Assembly (NCBI GenBank): GCA_040954595.2
Contig: CM082583.2
Coordinates: 4,703,374 to 4,767,373, forward strand
Reading direction: 5' to 3'
DNA: 64,000 bases
Origin: Balanoglossus misakiensis
Taxonomy: Eukaryota > Animalia > Hemichordata
The notes below the pieces were generated by a model, which was not told where the DNA came from, ran no database searches, and was given only the letters and a program-made list of their open reading frames with translations. Shown here one piece after another: positions 51,441 through 64,000 of this stretch. Every line of letters starts with the position of its first letter. The first letter of the stretch is position 1. Position numbers and translations under genes: made by a program.

Positions 51441-54400
51441 AATTGGGACTCGAGATGCAATTTACACACAATGCCTGCGCAGGGGAAGAAAAAAAAGAGA
51501 GTGAGAAGAGAAAAAAAATGTGAGCTTTTCAGCGTACAACACATGGTGAGCTGAAGAAAAATCACTGGCGAGTTTGAATTACTACGATTGCGCTGCCACG
51601 AAAGGCAGATTGAATTGATTTGAATGGGACAACCTATTAGAGTGTAATCTGTTCATCAGAGTTATGCCCACGGGAGAAGAACTTCCCCCCAGTCTACGTG
51701 ATTTTCAAGAATCACGCCACTGTCTGATCTTGCCAATTGGCTCACACCACGACACCCCAAGCCATTGTCGCCTCGGCAGATAAAAAGTGTCGCCGCCAAT
51801 TTGATGCAACTTCAGAAGAAGAAAAAATAAAAAAACAACCCCAGCCACCTAAATCGCACAATTTGTTGGTCAGGAGTCTAAAGTCCAAGCAAAAGAGAAA
51901 AAAAAGAATCTGAGAACCAGTGTTAATGACTACCCATCGTACGCACACAGCCCATGCACTGAAAGAAGAACACAAGAAAACCCTGTTGGCAGTTTCAATA
52001 TGTCACGATCAGTTGATACTGTGTCACATTAAAGGCGTGAAGCCCCCGGGGGCACTGGCATTTTGTCTTGCGATGCAGTTTCGTGGGGAGGCAGAAAGAC
52101 ATTTAGCGGGGAAAGATGAGCGCGAGAGGCAAAGATTCGATGACAGGATCTTCAAGTCAGAATTTGAGGTGGCCGACATCATTGCGATGGGGGGAGCACG
52201 CTTTGCAAGAGTGACTGGGAGGCAAGATGCTGGCTCCATCTATGCCTGTGAAAATAATGTGTAATGTCTGATTTTTCTCCCCAGACTAACAGATCACCAA
52301 CACTAATACTTGCAACATTCTCATGGCTCCGTGCAGTGTGTCAGGCACTTTCGCTGCGTGTGTGATCCCACACCACTATTAAACACACGGGGCAAACTCG
52401 AAAAAAAGAAGGCCAACTACATTACTGACCCGTTTCTAGTACTACAAGACTTGCTATTGAGTCATCTATTTGAGCTGGGAGAAAATTGGTGGTACCGGTA
52501 CATACACTACAGGGTAATCAGATCACAATTCCGGATTGCGATTTCTTTTGAAATACCACCAGCGTGCACTGGTAGCCACAACGATCAATTCCTCTTTGAA
52601 TTACTCTTCACTGAAAACTTATTGGGAGAGCACAACAGATGTAGGTGACCCAGCGCCGTATACTGAGACTACAAAATACACATGCCGAGTCATTACCATG
52701 GTTGTGAATATTAAAAAGAAAAAAATAAGATCAAAATTGCCTCAACCCTGATGGGAAGGTCATTGTTCTGCACACTGAAAAAGCAACTCACAATGTATGA
52801 TTGCATGTGTTTAAAATTGACAAGGGCAAAAGTATATGGTTACTCCAGCGCTATTATTGAGGGGAACCTAACATATATGATTTCTGAGAAGTCGAAATTA
52901 CATCAGGTATAATTGGAGTAGATCGACCAAAAGCTTTACTTCTTATAAATCCAACATAATTATAGACTCTCAAAAACTGATAGAGTTATCAAGTATTGTC
53001 AGCCCCCACAGTGTTCAAATCAAACACACAAGGCTATGAGTATGAGCAGCTGGACTGTGAAGTATCCATATGTTGTTTTTTCTCTCTCCGCACGACATCA
53101 CGATTTCGACCATCGCCTTTTGTCATCAGTGTCACGATGTTAATTCATTAATCTATAAATGAGCCAATACATCTAAAATAGCAATCAAGTGATGCCGTAC
53201 AAATTCTGGATTGTCAACCCAGGGTCGAAGTGTACGTTATTTTTATTAATTAAGTTTTGATGAGTTAAGACTTGGTGATTGGGTGTTGTTGAAGTGTGTT
53301 GCTGAACATGGATTGTTCAACTCCGCCAGGGGGTTATCTCATACAGGCAGGAATTGCCCAGAACATGATGCGGTCATTTCTATGGTCACTTTCCAGAAAG
53401 CCAGTCTGGTTGTCCGTGGTAAAGGAATCAGGTGGCTAATATCTAGACTCTGCCAGGGAGGGGGCTCAGTATCAGAGTTCGAGGATTGTTGGGGCATAAT
53501 GATTACCACATGATCTAGCTACCACATGTGGTGTATATAAGAACGGTAAAGCCTATATGTACATCATCAACCTCAAACAAAATGAAACAACAGAAAAAAA
53601 CATGAATGGTGGCCTGCCTTTGTTCCATTTGATTGGTCCCTAAGGTATATTTTGTGCTGATTAGCCTATTGACTGTGTTCTACGGAACAGAATTTACTGG
53701 CGGCACAAGAAATACGCATGCTCAAGCTCCGCATCCAAGCAAAATTAATTGTTAGAAAGTAATAAGGTTACGAGAGTGAAACCCACCTGTTGCAAGCTCT
53801 CTCGGGACTTTTAAATATATGTTTACAGTGTTTTTAACATTGATGAACTGGGGGGGGGGGGGTCACATGACAAGCCCAGACTGATCAGATGCAATTAATC
53901 TCCATGTTTACTTTTGTTATTTTTATATTTGGATATTGTTATTAAATTTATCCATGATGGTACGGAAGGGTGGGGTGGGAGTTGATTGTTGTCTGCCTGG
54001 CAAATTTTGGATTCAAGCTGTGAGTTAACATTACAAACCGCAAACAACAATTCTCTGTACCATGTGCCAGTAATCTTCTACATCACTTTGCGTATAACAT
54101 TCATCCTCTGGTAACAGACAATTTTGCTTGTTTGCTCGTCTGGAATGACTTAGAATGTACAAATTCAAAAAGTATGGTTGACGAAAATCCCAGGATGTAA
54201 AGGTCACATAGGGGTCACAGAAACGCTTTTTTGAGAGAGAGTGAGAGACCCAAGGCAAAGACATGAAGGTTCACAATCAATGAAAAATCTGAACCGGAGG
54301 GGATTTTTATAAGACAATTTACCCGGCAAACACTAAACTTAGAACAGCCTAATACAAATGTAGCTGAAAAACAACTACTTCTTGAGAAGTGCTGATAATG

Positions 54401-55983
54401 AATGTGTTTACTAGCACTTGCTTTGTGTCGGGATCTCCATTGGTGGGATTCCAAATTGCCTCTTCAATGTCAATAGTCTGATAATACATGTACGTCCAAA
54501 TTTAATACTAGGTTGCCGCTACATTTCTTTCAACTGAAGTTTGCTGAATCAAGACTTGGGCTGTGTGCACACAATACAGACTGGCCAATACAATTTTGAA
54601 ATGTGGTAAATATGGGACTGGCCGCAAGAACGTTGAAATTTAATTAAACATGGGTTCCTTTTCATATATTCCATTTTCATGATTAAGGTTTGTGATTACC
54701 ACTGGGACAATTAGTGAATGTTAATTTATTTTCTATTATTTTTTTGTCCCTATCTCGGACAATTCCCACACAAGTTGTCCGAGTCCCTATGGACAGGTTT
54801 TCCCTCTGAATGGACGTTGTGAGAAAGGTCATGGTCAATGGCACTCAAATTCATCCAAGTAATTACTGCAGACCTTCAGCTGATGGATGTCTCTGTGGTT
54901 TATATCTTTTAATTAAGCAGGGCATTGTCATACTTTAAAGTCTGATTAATCAGTGTATCGTTGTCCAACGAATATTGTGCCATAACAAATCCTGTTCACA
55001 AATTGATGCCCATATTTTAGTCGATAGACTTGGTGATGTAAATCTGCATCATCAAGTCGGTATCGATGACTGCTAAGTTACAGTTAACTACACAATTTAT
55101 TCGGACCACCAAAGCCTCTCATGGGTGACCACTATCGCAGACAGTCTGTCGGTATTTGTAATCTGGACAACAAAGTTGTACTAGTGTCTCCTTATACGCA
55201 GACCCCGTGTTGGTGGATCACATTCTGTTGGTGGGATAAATCTGGATAACCACTGTTACAGACACTGACTGTGATAAGTGGTTTAAATATGGATCCCAGG
55301 CTCAATGAAGACCACTAACGCATATGTTTGTGGTATAAGTCTGGACCACCAAGTCATTACAACTACCCACTGAACACACAAGTCTGTTGACATGTGGAAG
55401 CAGTCTGTATATACATGTACACACACCCTGGAATACTGGTCAAATGCCTCACCACAGCTATAGAAGTCATCCAAAGCAAGAACAAGCGGCGAGTTTGCAG
55501 CTGTTGTTGACACCTTGATGTAAAATGGTCGGCTATTTGGGAACACTGATCTCACGTTTATAACCTCATTTGTTGTTTAACAAGTCTCCACTTAATATTC
55601 ATCAGAGATATACAGGTATCTGTCACTTGTGATTTGGGCTGACTTCTACATGTACAAACACGTCAGTTCTTAGGTCTGTTTTTTGGAGGTCAGGAAGAGT
55701 GCACATTATTGCTGCACATTCACCATTATTGGGCTATTTATTGTACCGTTTCCAGGCAAGGAGGAAGTTCTACCAATCAGGGAATATGGGGACTCAAAAT
55801 GGTGGAATCTAGTGATCGATACACATGTATGAACAACTGAGAACCAAATGATTAGAAAAACCCTGATGTACTTTCTGACTTCAAACTGGCATAGACACTG
55901 AAAAAATATTGTTTTCTGTGGCTATGGAGTTGGTTGCAAAAAAATAAAATTGAACACAGTTCATTGGGAGGGGGGGCAAGGAC

Positions 55984-58479
55984 AAATATAGCTGCAAGCA
56001 GCGATGACGGGCACAAGCTTAAGCCGAAGGTCAAAGGTCATATGTGGTCACCAAAAAATTGGGTAAAAAGTTTTGACCCCCATACCAGTCCAGGTCTAAC
56101 AAAAATCAGACCTCTAACCCTATTGGTTCACCTAGAATTAGATATGCACATAATTAATGAGGTAAAGTATAAGGCTCCATTAGGAGTCACAACCCTCCAA
56201 ATGCCAAAGCTGTATCTGCGCTGGTTGCCGAGTTATGGTAAAGTAGGTCAAAGGTCACCTGAGGTCACCCAAAAATTGGGCAAAAATGTTTGATCCCATA
56301 CTGGTCCATGTTTAACAAAAATCAAACCTCTAGCCCTATTTGCTAGCCTGGAATTAGGTATGCACATAATTAATGAGATATGCAGGTGTCACAGGTGACC
56401 TTCAATTTTGTCTTTTCAATTTTAGTCACAACCCTCCAAACGCCAAGTCTGTACCTGCTGTGGATGCCGAGATATAGGAAAGTAGGTCAAAGGTCACCTG
56501 AGGTCACCCAAAATTTGGGCAAAAATTTTTGATCCCATACTGGTCCATGTCCCACAAGAACAAAACCTCTAGCCCTATTAGTTAGCTTGGAATTAGGTAT
56601 GCACATAATTAATGAGTTAAGCAGGTGTTACAGGTGAGCCCAAAATTTTGTCTTTTATTGTGGTCCCATTCTGCTCACGGGCCAATAGAGAGTCACTGTA
56701 CAGGACCATTGCACAGCCAACCTGGACATAGCGTGATAGCTTAACTATAGAAAGTATAGGCCTATGGCTGGGTCCAAAAATATGAAAAATAAAAAAATCT
56801 TCTTCTCAAAATAGACTTGGCCCACGGCCTTGACATTTGGCATGTAGGACACTGACCACATGGTCCGCAAAAATCGCTAAAAGAATGTTGATATCTCCAT
56901 TCATATGCAAATTAGGCCCATTTGAAAACTTTGCCCATATATGGTCATCAGGTCATGTGACTAATTACACATTCACGAGGGTACTGCACGAGCTCTCATA
57001 GACCTGCACCATTGTGCCAAGTTTGAGATTCGTGGCTTCAGCCATTTCCAAGATCCTAGTTGGCAAAAAAACTGCACAAGAAAAAGAAGTAGAAGAATAT
57101 AGCTGCAAGCAGCGATGACGGGCACAAGCTTAAGCCGAAGGTCAAAGGTCATATGTGGTCACCCAAAAATTGGGCAAAAAGTTTTGACCCCCATACTAGT
57201 CCAGGTCCAACGGAAACCAGACCTCTAGCCCTATTGGTTTGTCTGAAATTAGATATGCGCATAATTAATGATGTAAAGTGTAAGACTCTATCAATAGTTC
57301 GATCCATCCAAACACAAATGCTGTACCTGTTCTGGATGCCGAGATATAGGAAAGTAGGTCAAAGGTCACCTGAGGCCATCCGAAAGTTTAGCAACAAAAT
57401 TTGACCCCATGCCAGTCCAGGTCCAACAAAAATCAGACATCTAACCCTATTGGTTCGCCTAGAATTAGATATGCACATAATTAATGAGGTAAAGTATGAG
57501 GCTCCATTAGGAGTCACAACCCTCCAAATGCCAAAGCTGTATCTGTGCTGGTTGCCGAGATATGGTAAAGTAGGTCAAAGGTCACCTGAGGTCACCCAAA
57601 ATTTGGGCAAATATTTTTGATCCCCTACTGGTCCATGTTCAACAAAAATCAAACCTCTAGCCATATTGGCTAGCCTGGAATTAGGTATGCACATAATTAA
57701 TGAGATATGCAGGTGTCACAGGTGACCTTCAATTTTGTCTTTTCAATTTTAGTCACAACCCTTCAAATGCCAAGTCTGTACGTGCTGTGGATGCCGAGAT
57801 ATGGTAAAGTAGGTCAAAGGTCACCTGAGGTCACCCAAAATTTGGGCAAAAAATTTTGATCCCATACTGGTCCATGTCCCACAAGAACAAAACCTCTAGC
57901 CCTATTAGTTAGCCTGGAATTAGGTATGCACATAATTAATGAGTTAAGCAGGTGTTACAGGTGAGCCCAAAATTTTGCCTTTTATTGTGGTCCCATTCTG
58001 CTCACGGGCCAATAGAGAGTCACTATACAGGACCATTGCACAGCCAACGTGGACATAGCGTGATAGCTTAACTATAGAAACTATAGGCCTATGGCTGGGT
58101 CCAAAAATATGAAAAATAAAAAAATCTTCTTCTCAAAATAGACTTGGCCCACGGCCTTGACATTTGGCATGTAGGACACTGACCACATGGTCCGCAAAAA
58201 TCGCTAAAAGAATTTTGATATCTCCATTCATATGCAAATTAGGCCCATTTGAAAACTTTGCCCATATATGGTCATCAGGTCACATGACTTATTAAACATT
58301 CACGAGGGTCCTGCACCAGCCCTCATAGGCCTGCACCACTGTGCCAAGTTTGAGATTTGTAGGTTCAGCCGTTTTCAATATCCTGTTGGGCAAAAAAACG
58401 ACACAAGAAAAAAAAAAAAAAGATGAAAAACCCCAGTAATACCAATAGGGCACAAGCCTGCTTGGCTTGTGCCCTAATT
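55984..58479 (-). mobile_element. Non-autonomous Helentron (HINE/DINE-1-like) in two tandem units, with internal 216-239 bp subrepeats
   Basis: The 5' end (right side) has the palindrome TAGGGCACAAGC-CTGCTTG-GCTTGTGCCCTA. Each 3' end (55984 and 57096) has the matching subterminal repeat GGGCACAAGC, a short stem-loop GCTGCAAGCAGC and an AATATA terminus. Units 55984-57095 and 57096-~58420 are highly similar, with 3 and 4 subrepeats. Confidence 0.75.
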
Positions 58480-59454
58480 ATCACAAGAGTCTTAGAGAGA
58501 ATACCAGGTGTGTATCTATTCCTGGAAAGCAAGAAAGATCGCTTAATATTTGTGGCTCCTCCTCCAGATCGGTGTCATTCCATTGTCTAGGTGTTAACAC
58601 GAGTGACATCCGGCCCTTGACATGCGATTATCAGCCACAACTACCACGAACAATGGTGAAGCCACACTCCATATTTTCACACTCTATTACAGCAGAAAGG
58701 GGCAACAAAACACGGCAATTACGCTGTGTGTACTTCAGAGCTGTACTTTGGGCCACCAACACAATGTGCGAAAGGGTGTAACTTTTACACGGACAGGAAA
58801 CACAGCTGGAGTGCAAGGCAATTTGATGTAATAACGCTTTTGTTGGTCTCAAATACAATTTCTAAGGGTGTTACTGGTGGTAACCAGGTGACAGAGACTG
58901 GATTGCAAAACGGGTGCCATACAAAGAAGGTTGGGGCTCTGCGGCCTGGCTGCGGATGATAAGTGATCAAATTCTGTCCGGTCATTTATACCCCCAAAAA
59001 AATGATTAAAAATACTGCATATTTGGGAGAGAGAAAAAGGGATTAAATTGTACTGTTGAATAATCATGGGCTTCTCAGTAAGAGTGGTTTTGATACTGAG
59101 AGGAGCTCAGATCAATATTAATGCTTCTAATCCATAATTCTCAACTGTCATTCCAACCATCAATCATAGACTGGATTTCCCCCCTTTCAACAAATATCTC
59201 TCCTTTGACGATTATCAATGCCTTGAATAACGAGGACCGGCACATTACTTTTGTGAAACGCTTTCTCCGTCGCCACGTGAAAGTGACAAGGATGAGGATA
59301 CCAATTGTGCACGGGTAGACTCCGGCGAGTCAATCACGATTCTGCCCACTGATGACTGTTTTGTGAAATTTCTATTGGCTTATCCACAGCTGCCAAGACC
59401 CACTGGGGTTTCTGCCTGTTTATGACTGCACTATGTGCTTCAGTAGTGTCAGCA

Positions 59455-59650
59455 CATTACACACACACAATACACACATATACATACACACATACCGTAC
59501 ACACATACAGAACATACATACATACATACATACATACATACATACATACATACAGTACACACATACATACATACACACACACGCATGCACATACAGTATA
59601 CACACAATTTCATGACATACATCACTACATTACATGTACATTGTACATTG
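59455..59650. repeat. (TACA)n/(CA)n microsatellite
   Basis: A long CATA/CACA tract. Confidence 0.9.
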
Positions 59651-60195
59651 TATTTCAATTTAGCAAAGAAACATAGATCAGTATCCTTCTGCAATTGTCG
59701 AGCTACAAATGCTCACCCATGGTCCATTTCCATTTCTTGCATAATTTCACAGTGCTGGAATACATTTATGTATGATGTATAAATGTACATGTAACTGGAC
59801 CGACCAAAAAGATACGTCAATCATTATATGAAGAAGGAACACCACCTCAACTTACATTCAGGCAACAGTCAGCTCCTGCTACCATTAAATTCATTAGAGT
59901 CTAAATCACAACAACTCTGACGGTATCAATTCTCGAGGTCTAACAAAACCAATAAACCAATGTGCCGAGAAATGCCTGGCATTTTGAATTTAGCTGGTAA
60001 ACACTCTAATTGATTGGGGAAATGGCGTATGCTATATGCCTAGTGATCGTTGTGAAAATCTTCAGCAGCCACTTCCAAGTTATCTCTTCGAAAATGCTGA
60101 GCTGTGTTATATGATGACACACATTAATTTCTCGTGTACCAATCATGTAGTATCTCTCACAAAAAGAGTGGCCTGTACATCGACACAAGATGCGT

Positions 60196-60245
60196 AGTGA
60201 CGCAAACATCTTTCCAGTGACGCAAAAATCTTTCCAGTGACGCAA
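60196..60245. repeat. 20-bp tandem repeat, 2.5 copies
   Basis: AGTGACGCAAA(C/A)ATCTTTCC is repeated, giving three TGACGCAA motifs. Confidence 0.8.
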
Positions 60246-63200
60246 GAAAAGTTCTTCATGATATTACCGGTACAGCGCACAGGTGTAGTTCCGGCACTAA
60301 TAAACTTGCAAAAAAAAACCACAAACTGACACAAAGTCTATTACATTATTTTTTGGAGGATGCACTGATATGCAATATAATAACTGACTGGGAGGCATGC
60401 ACACTTCTACTCAAATGTTGGAAGGGGAACTTCACGAACTTATCCCTGAATGCAATGAATCAGCGTGCTTCTTCTAAAACTTCATTATGTTAATCAGAAA
60501 TCTCCTTCCAGGGTTACTGACAACACGGCAAGTACAGTACATACTACGTATTCTTTCGACTTGCTGAGTATCGTTTTACAAGAATGCAGTCACATTTTAC
60601 TGATGAGAGGGCAAGTACTTTGTGCACCACACTTATTTCCTCACAGCAGTAATTTCACATGAATTTTTTGTGTTGATTTGCAAACTTCCAATCCATTTCT
60701 ATGTCTTTTTGGAAGGATAAACCTGAGAATTCCAACTCTTTTGAGGGTGCATGCTGTTGTTAGTGGGTCAAGTTCTGCCAGTGCAGCCCACAAAGTACCA
60801 GACGGCAGTATCTACATTTTACATGAACTTGTCGCCCAGATGTCGGCAACCTTTGGGGAAAGTTTCTTATCCGCATTTAATACAAATGCTTGCTGAATGC
60901 ATTTGATGTGGGAATTCGAATATTTACAAGAAGTGCCTGGTTCCTACGTTTGGGCTAAAAAGGTATAAAACAAACCTGCATCGACTCATCATTCAGATTC
61001 AAGGCACTTCGTGGAAGTCGAAAAAAAAACCCTCCAGGGTAGTCAAACTTTACACAGCAGGTGCCTTTAAAGTACTGGTCATCCTCCCCACTTTTTAAAA
61101 CCATCGGTAGCATATATACTCACATGTGTGACTAGTTGTCTGCAGGGGGAGGATGTGTGTATGATAGAGAAGCCACTCGCATATCTGTCATTTCAGAAAT
61201 TGAAAAGGGAAATTGCGAGGAAACAGGAACTCATATTTTAACCTCTGCAAGGAGAACATGGAACATTTCAAATCGGAGAACGGTGCTCTCTTCAAAATTG
61301 GATATGAGGGAGCCAATCTCAGCTTTCAATTTTCGTCACTCTCACGAATGATTGTGACACTTTGTGAATATTCTACATCAGAATCTATTCTGACAACCTT
61401 GATTTATAATTAGGCTGAAATTACGGTTTAATTTGATGATAAAATTGAACAGATATTACCCAGCAGACAAGTACAGTCAGAAAAATTCCCAAGGAAATAC
61501 TGATTATTAATCTAAACTGACGCGCCAAATGCAAAACAACAGCATTTTAATCATAATGAATGACGATTAATATAGTGATTTCAACATTTGTTTACATCGA
61601 AGTGTCCTGATTTGAATTCTTTTGTTGTTGCTAAGAGATGAATTAATACTTCACATTACAAATTTCCGTACAATGTCAAAATGCATCACAAAATGCATCA
61701 CATGCAGACCGCATTCGTGTGAGAATGTCTGTACATGTATGTAATTTTGGACCTTGCTGAAAATGTGGAATATTTAATGATACTTCAAAACAAAAGTGCA
61801 TCAAATGACAGACAGTTCAAACCTTGGGACTCTTCCTGGATGACTTACTCTAACTCCATGGATGAAAATTCCCTGAATTGCAGTCATTTCCAAATTCCAA
61901 GAATTATGGTATATGGTACTATGTTGCCATGATGTGTCATAATAATATGCTTACTGGCAGATCAATTCATATAGGACTATAATGGTGTGCTGATCGTTTT
62001 GTGAAGAAATGTCTCGTTGGGAGGATACCGTATTAACAGCCACTGATGAATCAATACGCACAGATTGCAAACAGCAGGAAGTCAGTAGTAATGACAATTT
62101 TTTTTAAAACTAAACCACGAATATCAGGGTTTTCTTGGAATCCCCCATTTCAAAGATGATGGCACATTGTCAGTGTTACTGATAAATCTTTTCCCTCAGC
62201 CCCCAAATATCAATTTTTGTAAAACACAATTTTCTTGTAATTGCGTTGGGAGAAGTTGATTGTGCAGGAAGCAGGTCACATTGGGCCTGGAGGGGGGAAA
62301 CTATGTTCAACGGGAATCGTTAGCAATATGACCTGTGTTGTTGACTGTGACAGTCTTCGTTTCATTTTAACACAATCTTTAACTTCCGCTTTCACTTGTG
62401 ATGCATCCCCCATCATTGTAGGAAACCTCACAAAAAAACAACCTTTAATGGTTGACGTCGGAGTTTTCAGGGTGAAGTTTTTTTTAACCCCATACAAGTT
62501 GCATGTTCACGAGGAGTTGTGGCATCCTTTAAAGGTACACGGTCACCTGTGGAAAATTAGATACAGTTACCATGGCAAATTGAGATCTAGCCAATCACAG
62601 ATTTTCAGTGGGTGACACACGGGGAAAAAAGAGCGCCACAATATGTTCTGCAGAATGCTCAAATACGCCATTTCAGCCATATATGGTTGTATGTAAATTG
62701 TAGGTGACTGTATACCTTTAAGGTCGATATGATATACAGTCGTTTGATCTGTGAGAATGTTGGGAGGGGGGGGGGGGGGGGTGTCGGCAAAATTACAGCT
62801 CTCCTGTCATCTACATCTTTTTTTATCTGCCACTTTGACACTGAACACAGTACATGTTTTACAGTTTAGTATTAACATCTCTCCATTACATTTAGCTCCA
62901 GATACTGAAAACTTTGGTTCCGCCCTTGTGCACGTGACCTACTTGTCATATTTCTAGTCATTTTATGATATTGATTTTACCAGCTGTGATCAGGTCATGC
63001 CAGGTTATCATGAATTCACAGAACGTGTTTGGTATCAGTTGTGAAGGATATGAAAGCAGTGAACACTTCACCCCTATTGCAGAGTAGATGGGTCCTGCTT
63101 ATACTGACTGAAAACAATGCAGGTTACACCAAGGGCTGAGACTGTTTGGTTGTCTCTTCTACATGATACATGTACAAATATACATGCACCCAAGGCTTGT

Positions 63201-64000
63201 AAAAACTTTCCCTGTTGCGAGTTTTTAGTTAGGAATCCGCGTCCCACAATCTCTTAACGACATTTCATTTGCCAGGTTCTCCCCAGGCACTGGTCATGAT
63301 AAATTCAAAACATATGCCAGAAATCGTCTATAATCACAATTTAATGGCGCAATTTTCTATCTGGACTGATTGCACCACATAGCCTAGAGTTCATAATCTG
63401 GCAGAGTAGCAGTAAGGGAAACTTTTTTTTCGGATTTATAGGCGAGAGACACCGTGGTACGCTAAATAAACACGTAGCGCCTTCTTTGAGCGTATACTGC
63501 CACGTGGAGAATTCTGCGACATCCACGGGGATGACGTCACTGTCGCATGTCGGGCTGAATGCATCTCTCCTGATGAGAACGTCCCGAACATAAAAGGGTT
63601 TTCTTTTGCAAGTCCCTACAGCAAAGAAAGACAGCCCCCTGTCTACTGCACGGAAGACAAATTTGAATATTAGGAAGAGAGCCCAACATCTTGCAGGCAT
63701 GTGTGGTGTGACAAAAAATGTAAATGTTCATTCAGAATTCTCGGCAGATTTTCTTGCCATTTATTCACGTTTCCACGTGCGGCGATACAATGGGATTTCT
63801 ACTTTGCTTTAGCGCCGGGTCCTTGTAAAAATGCTTGAATACTTTCGTGAGAATATACACGCTTCATTTGAAGATCTTTCTTGACGACTCTTAATTTACA
63901 ATTAGCTCGTGGGGGATGAGATATTGATTTTTTTTTTTGTTAAACTGAAGTGAAATGGTGTATTTAGAATTCCAACCATCAACACCAGCTCCTCTGCTAC

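Noticed and set aside
49875-51554. 559-aa plus-strand ORF and other overlapping ORFs
   Set aside because: This is the antisense shadow of the GC3-rich DET1 exon. It has no ATG start and no recognisable motifs.
55984-58479. Regularly spaced repeats resembling a CRISPR array, and ORFs 55934-56293 and 57153-57404
   Set aside because: The intervening sequences are homologous to one another, the units exceed 200 bp, no cas genes are present and the context is eukaryotic. The ORFs are incidental.
59420-59782. Cluster of Cys/Met/Tyr/Val and His/Thr/Tyr ORFs
   Set aside because: They are translations of the (TACA)n microsatellite.

Overview
This is eukaryotic (animal) genomic DNA, not prokaryotic: it holds AT-rich introns, GT-AG spliced genes and many non-autonomous transposons. 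The gene content suggests an invertebrate deuterostome such as a hemichordate or amphioxus (inference). I built spliced models by hand and checked reading-frame phase at each junction. They are: a partial ST6GalNAc I/II-type sialyltransferase (-, runs off the left edge), a Mab-21/cGAS-like NTase most similar to MiD51/MIEF1 with a non-canonical active site (+), an unassigned charged coiled-coil gene (+), an alpha-arrestin (+), a small orphan two-TM ORF (+), a 20-exon STRA6-like receptor (-) and DET1 (-). Repeats include two TTAA-flanked MITE copies, a microsatellite-containing foldback palindrome, several hairpins, and a tandem non-autonomous Helentron whose subrepeats carry near-perfect nuclear-receptor DR1/DR4 elements. 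The best candidates for new biology are the soluble MiD51-like cGAS-like receptor, the transposon-borne hormone-response-element array, the foldback beside a splice acceptor, and a start codon formed only by splicing. Homology calls come from recalled motifs; no database search was run.
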